A DNA stretch of 37,461 nt from Octopus bimaculoides (taxonomy: Eukaryota): contig NC_068981.1 in assembly GCF_001194135.2 (NCBI RefSeq), positions 57,930,877 to 57,968,337 of the forward strand, given 5' to 3'. The position numbers and the translations under genes were made by a program. Of this stretch, positions 1-12,109 are shown one piece after another. Position 1 is the stretch's first letter. Each line of letters starts with the position of its first letter. The notes beneath the pieces were generated by a model. It had not been told where the DNA came from. It saw only the letters and a list, made by a program, of their open reading frames with translations, and did not search any database.

Positions 1-355
1 GAAATAAGGCATCAGTAGTGCTTTTACCTGGCACGAACCCAAACTGCATCTCATCTAAATTGATTCGCTCCCTAATTAGTTGGGCTATGACCCTCTCTGT
101 AACTTTCATAACCTGATCTAACAGCTTGATGCCTCTGTAATTATTTGTATCTAAAGCGTCACCTTTACCTTTGTAGCAGTTGACTATGATGCTGCTACAC
201 CAGTCATTGGGTATGACTCCTTCGTGTATCACCTGGTTCGTAATACGGGTGACTAGGCTATAGCCAACACTGCCAGATATTTTGAGCATCTCTGCAGTGA
301 TTCCTGATGGGCCGCGGGCTTTCCCGGTCTTCATACTCTTAATTGCTTTATCTTA
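1..355 (-). mobile_element. RTE-clade LINE, reverse transcriptase fragment
   Basis: Minus strand reads MKTGKARGPSGITAEMLK...YKGKGDALDTNNYRGIKLLD...LDEMQFGFVPGKSTTDALF. Same family as 32377-34027. Confidence 0.88.
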
Positions 356-1345
356 TTTAATAGTTTGTTTGTAAATTGATACCTAATTTTCATCCTGTCT
401 TCAACTTAGGAACAAAGGGTCAATTCAAATATTTCAACATCTGACCATAAAAAATTACTAAATGAATTCCATCTGATCCATGTAAGCATGGAAAAGTGGG
501 CATAAAAATGATGATAATGAGGATGAAAATGATGATAGATACAGTAATGAAATGTTCAAGCACAAAATTCTAAAATTTAAATACTACCATTAAAATATAA
601 ATCACAATAAATTTTAGTTTTCTACAAAGAAAGAAGACTGAACTACTGGAATCATGGAGAAAATTGTTATCAAGAAGTGGGGAGTAATAATGACTACAAG
701 GAATCTCTAATTCTTGATTTTCCAAGATTTAAAACATATTTGAATCCTGCAAACACTGCAGGATTCAATTCCTAACCACATCCTCTGACTTTTAGTTCAT
801 ACAATTGAAAAAACCACATTATTTATGGGATGATCCAATAGTAACTAATCATTTGGAATGCAGTTCCAGAGTCTAGACATATTGCCCTAGCACCACTGTC
901 CAGTCTGACTGTGTATGCTTGAAGATTCTAGTGGTTGCTCAACAATGACAGGCAACATGATCTCAGATGAAGTCTGACAATTGTGATTCCTCAACACTCA
1001 ATGCAGGTGTGAAACCCAGCTAAGTGTTGTTCATAGGATAATGAATCTATTTTTGATATTGCTAGTTGTATGTTGTGTGAATGTATTTTTATTTATGCTT
1101 ATCTGACTTGAGTGGGTGGCTGGGTTCATTTTAGTAGTGTTTAGGGTTGTTGTAGATATGTTTGCTTTGATTTTGAATGATTGGACTTGCAGAGACATGA
1201 ACTATAAGGATTTCAAGTTGCTGTGGCAATGAATTGAGCTCATAACATGTTGAGGTGATCTCAGATAACTATGATATAAAGCTGGTGGATTAAATCTTAA
1301 ATTTTTGTTCACATATTTATATACATACATTTATGTGTGTGTGTA

Positions 1346-1734
1346 TCCTTTTATTTGTTTCAGTCATTTGACTGTGGTCATGCTGGAGCATCACCTTTAG
1401 TCAAACAAATCGGCCCCAGGACTTATTCTTTGTGAGCCTTGTACATATTCTATTGGTCTCTTTTGCTGAGCTGCTAAGTTATGGGGATGTAAACACACCA
1501 GCATCGGCTGTCAAGTGATGGTGGGGGGACAAACACAGACACACAAATATATATATATATATATATAAATTTTTTATATGTATACCATGGGCTTCTTTCA
1601 GTTTCTGCATACCAAATCCACTCAGAAGGCTTTGGTTGGCCTAAGGCTATAGTAGAAGACACTTGCCCAAGGTGCCACACAGTGTGACTAAACCTGGAAC
1701 CATGTGGTTGAGAAGCAAGCTTCTTACCACACAG

Positions 1735-1735
<1 letters not shown>
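1346..1735 (-). mobile_element. tRNA-derived SINE (Octopus OR/OK-like)
   Basis: Reverse complement of the SINE at 14473-14815. tRNA-like head (gctgtgtggtaagaagcttgct...ggtttagtc), core ccttgggcaagtgtcttctactatagc, internal TA/CA tract, tail gtcaaatgactgaaac. Confidence 0.8.
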
Positions 1736-1767
<32 letters not shown>

Positions 1768-1772
<5 letters not shown>

Positions 1773-2360
1773 TAGCTGACGTACCCGGTAATTCCTGGGA
1801 AAGCAGGGCTTATCACTTGGTTCTATTCTCACAATTGTTTCACTAATCCAATAACAATACAAAGTATGTAGCCCTTAAAACGGTTTTTGTGCATTTACAG
1901 AGAATACCAAACTGTCTTACACAGGATCTTGTTTTTAGGAATTCCCAATAAGTTATGAATATCCAAATTGTGAAGTCAGTTATGTAATAACATGAAATTA
2001 GTTACCTGATAGTAAGAATTCAAATAAANNNNNNNNNNNNNNNNNNNNNNNNNNNNNNNNNNNNNNNNNNNNNNNNNNNNNNNNNNNNNNNNNNNNNNNN
2101 NNNNNNNNNNNNNNNNNNNNNNNNNNNNNNNNNNNNNNNNNAGGAGGAAATACTAATAAGGCATGTATACTAAAATCGTGAAGCATGTTACGTAATAACA
2201 GGCTAATCAGATATGAGATAATAACAATTCAAAGTAAATAACTCTGAAAAGGGCTTTTGTGCGTTCCCAGAAAATATTTTTCCTGACTTACGCTCTCTCA
2301 GATGGCTTACACAGACACACGCACTCATACCCACTCACACACGCACACACACATCCAGAT
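1768..2360 (+). mobile_element. Non-autonomous Helitron/Helentron-like (HINE/Lep1-type) element, copy 1, interrupted by an N-gap
   Basis: Starts actagctgacgtacccggtaattcctggga directly after (TA)n. Has internal imperfect repeats and ends in a CA-rich tract plus cagat. Confidence 0.5.
2029..2141. other. Assembly gap (113 N)
   Basis: Run of N. Confidence 1.
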
Positions 2361-2365
2361 ATATA

Positions 2366-2753
2366 TACTAGCTGACGTACCCGGTAATTCCCGGGGAAGT
2401 GGGGGCTTATCCTTTTACTATTTACTTGTTTAAGGGTTGTACTGGATAAATTGCGAAAATAACTCTAACAGTTATAAGTGTACTCAATTTGATTTATACC
2501 AAATAATATAGGAAAATGTATGGGCTTATTTCCCTTGGCTGTTAAAATAAAATATATTAGATATATATAAGGATCACTTCCAGGGGCCCTATTATCGATT
2601 TTTTTCAACAATCTGAGTATACCATGAGGTTTCCAGACATGAGTTCTACTCACGTGCCAAGTTTCATCAAAATCGATAAAACGATGTAGGAGGAGTTAGC
2701 TAACAACTCTGCAAACACACTCACAGACAGAATTTCTCACATATGTAGTAGAT
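2366..2753 (+). mobile_element. Non-autonomous Helitron/Helentron-like element, copy 2
   Basis: Same 5' end as copy 1 (actagctgacgtacccggtaattccccgggg). 3' part gccaagtttcatcaaaatcg...aggaggagtt...cacagacag...tagtagat resembles DINE-1/Lep1-type ends. Flanked by (TA)n. Confidence 0.6.
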
Positions 2754-2766
2754 ATATATAATCATC

Positions 2767-2802
<36 letters not shown>

Positions 2803-3021
2803 GGGGGGGGAGAAAATGTCGTCAGAATTTAGGAAAAAAATCATTTTATTTCTTCATTATCATTAGCACTTTTGTTTGTTTCTTGAACGAAAGCGCTAAT
2901 AATAATGAAGAAATAAAAAGATTTTTTTTTCCAAAATTTTGATTTTTTTCTCAGTATTCAATTTCTGTACCTCACACCTAACACTCTATGCATACATACA
3001 TACATACATACAAATGTGTTT

Positions 3022-3545
3022 GTAGTGAAACATGGGCTGTGACTGCGGAGGACATGCGTAGGCTCAAAAGAAATGAAGCTTGTATGATCCGCTGAATGTG
3101 TAATGTCAGTGTGCACACATGACAGAGTGTAAACGCCCTGAGAGAAATGTTGGATATAAGAAGCATCAGCTGTGGTGTGCAAGAGAGACGACTGCACTGG
3201 TATGGTCATGTGCTATGTATGGATGAGGAGAGCTCTGTGAGGAAGCGTCACTCCCTAACAGTGGAAGGAACTCGTAGAAGAGGGAGACCCAGGAAGACAT
3301 GGGATGAGGTGGTGAAGCATGACCTTCGAACGTTGGGCCTCACAGAGGCAATGACAAAAAACCAAGACCTCTGGAGATATGTTGTGATTGAGAAGACCCG
3401 GCAAGGAAAGTGAGATTACAGCCATAGCCTACACCAGTGTAACATAGCCAGCCCATTTAAAAAGTACCTTTGAATCATTGGGTGACATTCCTTGCTTGAG
3501 GAGACCTACTGAGTCAAGTAAGTCAAAATCAAATGAAATCACAAT
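3022..3545 (+). mobile_element. RTE LINE 3' end (5'-truncated)
   Basis: SETWAVTAEDMRRL; ORF 3147..3413 with RRLHWYGHV and RRGRPRKTWDEVVKHDL, followed by 3' UTR. Confidence 0.85.
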
Positions 3546-3718
3546 TAAATGGAAATTGTAGTTGTGGCTGTTTCCAGTGCTGGTGATATGAGGTTCTCAA
3601 AAAACTCACACTTCTTAGCAACACATATTTTGGTTCCTCCACCAGTTACATGGACTCACTTTCCTCATGTACTACGTGGACACGCACACACGCACACACA
3701 CACTTACATATACATATA

Positions 3719-3938
3719 CAGGAGTGGGGCTGAAAAGTTTCTGGCTTTAAGGGTATCATAAAAGGCCTGGTTAGAGGCCCAACTTTCCAAGTTCTTTTAC
3801 AAGGCTTATAAAAACTGAAGGGCTGCTACAATAAGTGTGTGAATCTGAGAGGGGAATATGCTGAATAAAATCATAATTAACTGATCTTCCTATATTTTGT
3901 TTTACCCAAAACCAGAAACTTTTCAGCAACCCCTCCTA
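3719..3938 (+). mobile_element. Internally deleted mariner element (MITE-like)
   Basis: TIRs caggagtggggctgaaaagtttctgg / ccagaaacttttcagcaacccctccta, with TA on both sides. The interior retains a mariner C-terminus (..NKCVNLRGEYAE*). Confidence 0.82.
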
Positions 3939-4314
3939 TATGTGGCTGGATTTGTGTTTGTGTATATGTGAGGGAGTGTGAGAGAGAGATATGTACTCTC
4001 AAATTTTTTCTCATGTGACAACCTATTTTCTAAAATGCATTTATCATTGAATAACACCTGAAGATGTTTACTGTCTGGATATAGCAAGAGAATATAGAGA
4101 TAACTTCATATAAATAATCATGATTTGAAATCCCTACCTTATCTGTAATGTTTACACATACACAAGTACTTTCAGGATATGTAAGTATGTCAATATTTTT
4201 TCATTGTCATTTTATCCTCTTCAACGACCACTTCTCCATACTCGCATGAGTCAGCGGGGATTTGTTGAATGTTGAGGCAGATTTTCAATAACAAGATGCT
4301 CTTCCTGTCACTAT

Positions 4315-4497
4315 GGTGCCATGTAAAAAGCATCCAATACATTCTGTTAAGTGGTTAGTGTTAAGAAGGGCATCCAGCCGTAGAAAACAAGTCAAAACAG
4401 TCTATGGAACCTGGTGTGGCACCTGGCCTTGCCAGCTCCTGTCAAGCCATCCAACCCATGCCAGCATGGAAAATGGACATTAGATGATGATGACGAC
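4315..4497 (+). mobile_element. Abundant retroposon 3' tail (RTE-type UTR/SINE) ending in (GAT)n
   Basis: Motifs aagggcatccagc, ccaacccatgccagcatgga, (gat)n. Homologous to 4956-5272, 9454-9756 and 9973-10176. Confidence 0.7.
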
Positions 4498-4955
4498 GGA
4501 ACATTTACGAAAATGCCAATTTTTAAACACACACATTAGAATATTTGAGAAATACATTAGGGAATAATTACAAATACAATAACATTTTACTACAATACAT
4601 ACTCTCCATAAATAATACTGTAACTGATGGGAGTCTTTGAGAAGACAGACCCCATCTTCTACCTAATAGATCATTAGTTTCAGAATCTACTACAAGGAAG
4701 AAATCTAAAATTATTTGATAATCATAGCAAACTATCTTATTGTACAGCTCAGTACAGAAACTGAGCTTATTACAAACTCCTCTTGTAATTTTTATAATTA
4801 TCTTCATAATCATGATTTTTATTAGCAAAGAGATGAAGAGCTTCTTCAATAAGAGCCAATATTTAAGCCATAGTCTTTGCAGTCAACTTCTTCTAGTGCT
4901 GCAGCTTTCTATGTCCCTCTCTCAGCTGGGAGGTTCAAGTCTTGTTGGCTTGTAG

Positions 4956-5272
4956 GTGCTGGTGCCACATAAAAGCATCCATGCCACATAAAAACACCCA
5001 TGCCACATAAAAGCACTTAAAAACACCTATGTTGGTGCCACATAAAAGCGCCCATGCCAGTGCCATGTAAAAGTACCTGTGTTGGTGCCATTTTAAAAGC
5101 ATCCAGTACACTCTGTAAAGTGGTTGGCATTAGGAAAGCTATCCAGCCATAGAAACCATGCCTAAACAGACAAAATGGAGCTTGGGCAGCTCTCCAGATA
5201 ACGAGCTTCTCTCAAGCTGCCAAAACTATACCAGCATGGAGAATGGTTATTAAATGATGATGATGATGATGA
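4956..5272 (+). mobile_element. Same retroposon tail, with an internal gccacataaaagcac-like minisatellite
   Basis: About 5-6 degenerate gcca(c/t)ataaaagcac units, then ggttggcattaggaa...ccagcatgga...(gat)n. Confidence 0.7.
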
Positions 5273-5748
5273 CAACATTCAAATAAATATTTGTATTTTT
5301 GTTTACAGTTCATAATCGTTATTTTCAACCAGAAATGCCAGTTTTCCTGCACTTTCAGTGTCACATGACAGGAAAAATATTTATTTTGTCAAAAGCAAAT
5401 GTTTTCCTGGTTAAAAAGTGAATGTGTTTCTCTTTACCAAACACAGTGAAAGTGCTTTTGGTGGGATGGGTGGATTGAAAGTGTTTGTATTGGCTGTTAT
5501 TTGATTGCTTTCTATGTCATAGATTCAATAGTACTGAAGCAGTCATTTGAAACTTAATTACTAGGTAATTGGTCAGACACCACAAGTGAATCACCATAGT
5601 TTCACATGATCAGTCTATTAGTCAACTCATCAAAGTGAGGCTGTGATGTGATATAGTTTTCTGAAATGTTCTTCTTATAAAAGATCATTTTGCCACTCAA
5701 CTAATTGCAGAGTTTTGAAGGCAGCAGACTATTTCATGTGCCTCCCCT

Positions 5749-6144
5749 CAGGGCCATTGCTAGGCCCCTGCAACTCCTGTGATTTCAGGAAGCCTCCATG
5801 GTTGAGGGGCCCCATGTTAAAATCAAAGTACATAGATGAGTCATCTATTTACTTTGGTTAAGATGTTGAACAAGAATTGAACTATATATGTTAACTAAAA
5901 ATTTCAAGAAATAAATTGGTAATACATTGTACCTGCAAAAGTTCTTGTTAAAATATTACATTGTACCACGAATGTCCCTATCTAAATATGTTCTTTAGGA
6001 TAACGTGAAATATTGAAATTCAGATAGAATAAAGTAAAATATAACTATGAATAAAAGGTGAGTAGATCATGAATTTTGATTGAAGGGATGGGGCCTCAAA
6101 ACAAAAAGTTGCAGGGGGCCTCTAAAAGTCATGTGACATGCCTG
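5749..6144. mobile_element. hAT-type MITE (396 bp)
   Basis: CAGG...CCTG ends. Subterminal inverted motifs (ggcccctgcaac / gttgcagggggcc and ggggccccat / atggggcc). 8-bp flanking repeat cctcccct (5741-5748) / cctccact (6145-6152). Confidence 0.65.
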
Positions 6145-6774
6145 CCTCCACTCTTGCCATTGCAGATGGCCAAGGATCTCTGTTACCATGGAGATTTGTG
6201 TATTTGACTTTGTATATTTTTGGATAAATCCCATATTGTCACACAAATAGCTTTCTGCAATTTCAGAGCAGTCTCCCTCCCTCCCAGTCAGCAATTACTA
6301 AAGTTGTTCACTGTAAATTGCCAACACCAAATATTTTTATGCCCAGCAAATAATTTTTGATTAAATGTTTGCAAGTGGCTTGAGTTATTATTCACACAGC
6401 CAACAAAATATATTTTCATTTCCCCGCTATTCAAGCAACAGCTACCAATGACAAGAAACTATTGATAGTACAAGAGCTCAATAAATGACACAAACAATAG
6501 TTTTCATGGGAGAAATATGTTCCCAGTGTCAATTTCTTGAAATTAACTTTTACGGTATATTTTCCTTTGTACCTATCTGCATAATGTGGGGCTTCAATAA
6601 GCTTTACATCCTCATCCCAAGTAGAACAGAAGCAAATACAATGAAAGCCATAGTTTTTCAGAATAGTAATTTTTACCTTGTGTATATACTGTTAATCATT
6701 CTAAATTTCTTCAATTAATATTTGATTTACTTGAGTAGATAATTGCCATGTTTTGCTCAAGTTAAGAAGGGTGC

Positions 6775-7245
6775 ACTTGACTTGATGGGTCCTCTCAAGC
6801 AAAGCACATCACTAAAGATCTCAATCACTAGTCATTGCCTCTGTGGGGCTTAAAGTTCGAAGATCATGCTACACCACCTCATTCCTTGTCTTCTTGGGTC
6901 TACCTCTGCTACAGGTTCCCTCCATAGTTACAGATCAGCACTTCTTTACACTGCTGTCCGTGTCTATGTGCATCACATGACCATACCAGCACAGTCGTCT
7001 CTCTTGCACACCACATCTGATGCCTCTTATGCCTAAATTTTCTCTCAAGATGCTTACACTATCAAACACACACATTGACATTGCACATCCAGTGAAGCAT
7101 ACTGGCTTCATTTCTTTCACACCTACGCATGTTCTCAGCTGTCACAGCCCATGTTTCACTGCTATGCAGCATAGCTGTTTGCACACAGGCATCAAATAAT
7201 CTGCCTTTCACTCTGAGAGAGAGGACCTTTGTTACCAGCAGTACA
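6775..7245 (-). mobile_element. RTE LINE 3' end (5'-truncated)
   Basis: ORFs 6935..7120 and 7062..7280 (RLFDACVQTAMLHSSETWAVT; RRLCWYGHV). UTR homologous to the 3022-3545 copy. Confidence 0.85.
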
Positions 7246-7289
7246 TAAGTATGCAGGCCTATATAATAGTGCAGATACACACATATATG

Positions 7290-8130
7290 TACATGTGTGC
7301 GTGCATGCCTATATCAATATACACTTCTTTTTTTCTCTCTCTGATTCCTCAGCCCCCATTATTACATTAGCCGGTACAATAAACATCTCCATCTATTTTC
7401 AGGTTTACTACTTTTTACTACTCATTTTAGTAACCACACCCCCGTACCATTTTCTGTACCCATCCCTCCACCTTAGTGCCTTTCAAACATATCATCCCCC
7501 CCCACTCTTCACACATATTCATTCCTTACATTCTTATCTCTTCCTATCCCTCCCCTACTCTTCTCCCATCCTCCTGATAATATTTTGACCACAAACTAAC
7601 ACTCCTTTTTTTCATTCTTTTTCATTTTCTCTTCCTCTTTCTTTCTTCTTTCGTCACCTATTTCTTTTGACCATTCTCCTCATTTTAACACACACATCTT
7701 GTCTCCCCTCTCTATCCACTTAATACTACCACTACATTCTCACACCACAAGACCCCTTTGAATGAACAGCACCTGGAATCTACGTCTTCATACTTTCCAT
7801 TTGTAATGACAAAATATGAACTTCTATTGGAATTTACATACCATGACAAAAAATAATTTCTACAACTTCTATGCACCACTTTCCTTGGATAATGGAACTG
7901 CAACTATAACATCCTACATATATTCTTATTTTTACTTTTAAACGATTATGATGATGATTACCATCCTTTTCCAAAATAATTCCTTATATTGAACTCAACC
8001 ATCTCACATCATCTCTGATGAAGGGAAATCTCTAATATCCCAGAAACAACTGTAAGACTAACTTTCTCTTTATAAATCTTCTGAAAATTCCACACAGCCT
8101 TGGCTTTGTTGTCTCATTTTATTTAACCTA
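7290..8130 (+). mobile_element. Possible Penelope-like terminal repeat (pLTR) remnant
   Basis: Pyrimidine-rich tract, a weak ..TPLNEQ..* coding remnant near 7750-7805, and a downstream hammerhead-like motif. Boundaries approximate. Confidence 0.35.
8012..8057 (+). ncRNA. Degenerate minimal type I hammerhead ribozyme-like motif
   Basis: UCU-CUGAUGA-aGGGA(11 nt)UCCCa-GAAA-C AACU GUA-AGA. Core intact. Stem I is only 3 bp, there is an A.A mismatch at the base of stem II, and stem III ACAACUGU is one change from the palindrome ACAGCUGU. Confidence 0.5.
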
Positions 8131-8133
8131 TAC

Positions 8134-8260
8134 ATGTATGTATGTAAGTATGTATGTATGTATGTATGTATGTATGTATGTATGTATATATGTGTGTGTG
8201 TGTATGTGTGTGTGTGTGTGTGTGAGTATACATGTGTGTGTGTCATCATCATCATCATCA
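8134..8260. repeat. Compound microsatellite (TATG)n(TG)n(CAT)n
   Basis: Direct reading. Confidence 0.92.
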
Positions 8261-8701
8261 AATGATCAGGAATTGAGGAGCTATGGTGAATATGAATGGT
8301 GGATATATGGGATAGGGGAGACTAATGATGCATATAAGTTGGGATAATTTGAGGAGGTGGGGGAATAGGAAATGACTGACAGTACAGAAAAAGAATGTGA
8401 GTGAAGAGCAGCAAAATAATGATAATGGTACAATAGATATGGGAAGGATGGCAGAAGATGCGTGGATTTGGTGATCAATGTAAAGAGTGAGTGGAGAGGA
8501 CATTATTAAGAATGAAAGATAACAAGGGAAATGGTTTCAGGTAATAAGACAGAGAAGTGGTATCAGGTAAAAGCTGGTGAAGTATGCAGTTCTGCTTACA
8601 TTTAATTACAATAGCTGAATACTGCAGTCAGAGAGAAGAGATGATGGTGGTGATGTCTCAAGGAGGAAATTGGGCAGTACATACACACATGTGCATACGT
8701 G

Positions 8702-8703
<2 letters not shown>

Positions 8704-8756
<53 letters not shown>
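8704..8756. repeat. (TG)n microsatellite
   Basis: Direct reading. Confidence 0.95.
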
Positions 8757-8758
<2 letters not shown>

Positions 8759-9039
8759 GTCAGAACTCTTTCTTGAGATTCCAGTAACCATTCCAGCCTC
8801 ACATGCATTGCCATTGCATTGCCTATTATTAATTAGTCACTAAGCAATGATAACTTTTTAGCCCCACTGAATTTATTCCACAAAAATTTTCATAACCTAA
8901 AGAAAAATGTCAGGGTCATTCACATGTGAGGGGGATATGAATTGTCCTCTTTGACTGAAAAGGCATCGCTCACCATCAGTTTGTTCCATGAAGCTGGATG
9001 ATTAATGGTTTTACATAGTTTTATTTATACATGCTGAAG

Positions 9040-9432
9040 TTTTCAGAAGAAGCAATGTGAAGGCATGGACAAACAAGATCTGAATGATATATCATGATAG
9101 TTCATCTGTTCAAGCAATACATCCTAAGTATGACATTTTTTGACAAAGCACAAAATAACTTTTATCCTTGCCAGCCACTCCCTGTGTTCTTAAGCTGAAA
9201 TCTACCTTGAAAAGTGATTGATTTGATGCAGTAGAAAAGATCAAAGAAAATTCACAAGAATTTTGTACTCTCCTGAAAACAAGTTCCAAAATTGGGAAAA
9301 AAATTGGAAATAATGTATTGATAGTGGAGGGAGCTATTTTAAAGGAGACAAGTCCAGTTAAATTCTAAATGAAACAATGAAGCAATTAATTTATTTTTCA
9401 AAAGTCCAATTTGTTTTCAAAAACAAGAAACT
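9040..9432 (+). mobile_element. Decayed mariner transposase C-terminus and right end
   Basis: Reads ..FLTKHKI..LKSTLK..FDAVEKIKENSQ..FQNWEKNWK*CIDSGGSYFKGDK, with stops and frameshifts, ending at (TA)n. Confidence 0.6.
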
Positions 9433-9453
9433 ATATATATATATATATATATG

Positions 9454-9752
9454 TCGTTGCCAGTGCCGCTGGTCTGGCTCCCATGCAGGTGACATGTAAA
9501 AAAACACCTTTTTGAGCATAGCCGTTGCCAGTACTGTGTGACTGGCGCTCATGCCGGTGGCACGTAAAAGCACCCACTATACTCTTGGAGTGGTTGGCAT
9601 TAGGAAGGGCATCCAGCTGTAGAAACTCTGCCAGATCAGATTGGAGCCTGGTGCAGCCTTCTGACTTGCCAGTCCTCAGTCAAATCGTCCAACCCATGCT
9701 AGCATGGAAAGTGGACATTAAACGATGGTGATGATGATGATGATGATGATGA

Positions 9753-9756
<4 letters not shown>
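9454..9756 (+). mobile_element. Retroposon 3' tail with (GAT)n
   Basis: ggttggcattaggaagggcatccagctgtagaaactctgccagatcagattggagcc...ccaacccatgctagcatggaaag...(gat)n. Confidence 0.75.
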
Positions 9757-9812
<56 letters not shown>

Positions 9813-9829
9813 ATGTATATGTATATAGT

Positions 9830-9955
9830 CTTCTACTCTAGCCTCAGCTCTGCCTGAGACTAGAGTAGAAGACACTTGCCAAAGTGCCATGCAGTGGAAC
9901 TGAATACAGAATTATCTGGTTGAGAAGCAAGCTTCTTCCCACACAGCCACACCCA
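9830..9955 (-). mobile_element. tRNA-SINE head fragment
   Basis: agtagaagacacttgcc...gagaagcaagcttcttcccacacagccacaccc matches the 1346-1735 SINE head. Confidence 0.65.
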
Positions 9956-9972
9956 TGCTATATATACATATA

Positions 9973-10132
9973 TGTAAAAAGCACCCATTACACTCTTGCA
10001 GTAGCTAGCGTTAGGAAGAGCATTCCAGCCATAGAAACCATGCCAAATCAGATTGGAACCTGGTGTGGCTCTCCAGCTTATCAGTTCCAGTCAAACCATC
10101 TAACCCATGCCAGCATGGAAAGCAGACGCTAT

Positions 10133-10176
<44 letters not shown>
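9973..10176 (+). mobile_element. Retroposon 3' tail with (GAT)n
   Basis: Same family as 9454-9756. Confidence 0.7.
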
Positions 10177-10246
10177 ATATATATATTTTGTTTTGAGATT
10201 TGGTTTGCAAGATTCTTTATGTGAGTTCGTGTGTTGAAGCATATTT

Positions 10247-11363
<1,117 letters not shown>

Positions 11364-11559
11364 AGTAGTCACCATATTTCATTCCATATTGATTACCTCC
11401 GATGAACACAGGGTTACATGATCAGATTGTTACCTAACACTCCATTGAATTCCAAGTGTGAAACGGATTGGTAAGATTGGCCGTCATGGATATATGATAC
11501 TATACACTTCGGATAATATACCCACTCTACTGATAGATACATGAGTGCATATTTTCCTT

Positions 11560-12018
11560 ATGGATTCTTCGACCACATACACACACGTTTATTAATTTGT
11601 TTTGCACGATTCCTGATGTGAAATCGTGTGCTGAAACAGAAATTGTTATATTTCACGGTGGTTGATTTTTTTTTTTGCACTCTTATTTGGCAAGGAAAAA
11701 AAAATGACCATCCCAAAATATAACATACCCGCGCGCGCACGCACACGCACACACACATTTGTTTTTAAAAAACATTTGACGATACAGCAAGCAGAAATGG
11801 AGAGAACCAAATATTGGTGACGCGACCTGACATACACGCAGCTCCACCTGATAAACACACATATATATATCGCCTTCACTAGTGATAGTTGTTACTTTCA
11901 ACATCTGCTCGCTGTACTTACTAATCTCGGTTTGTTTTCAGTCAAGTACATAAAATCGCCTGACACCGGGTTACATTACATTAATAATTTCTTGTTTGTG
12001 GACGCCAGTGATCACACG
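11560..12018 (+). promoter_or_regulatory. Putative promoter / 5' UTR of the PLA2G15-like gene
   Basis: Visibly CpG-richer than its surroundings (e.g. cgcgcgcgcacg, gtgacgcgac, atcgcc) and directly upstream of the ATG. The TSS cannot be located from sequence. Confidence 0.4.
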
Positions 12019-12109
12019 ATGGCAGCTTCTGCTAGAACTCTGTTGGAGCTTCTTTTACTCTTGATTCTTACTATAACATTTACTATTTCTATAAATCCAG
12101 TCATTTTGG
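12019..12109 (+). CDS. PLA2G15: PLA2G15-like exon 1 (signal peptide)
   Basis: MAASARTLLELLLLLILTITFTISINPVIL, a hydrophobic signal peptide. Donor G|GTAAGA at 12110. Confidence 0.88.

Noticed and set aside
540-1290. Possible decayed coding or Penelope endonuclease sequence, and cagatga...gaaac near 965-1015
   Set aside because: No convincing motif in any frame, and the hammerhead core and stems are absent.
8258-8590. Purine-rich tract that might be an inverted partner of 7290-7700
   Set aside because: Similar composition only; I could not align the two by eye.
11817-11828. gtgacgcgac, resembling the CLEAR/TFEB motif GTCACGTGAC of lysosomal gene promoters
   Set aside because: Two mismatches, both within the CACGTG E-box; not distinguishable from chance.
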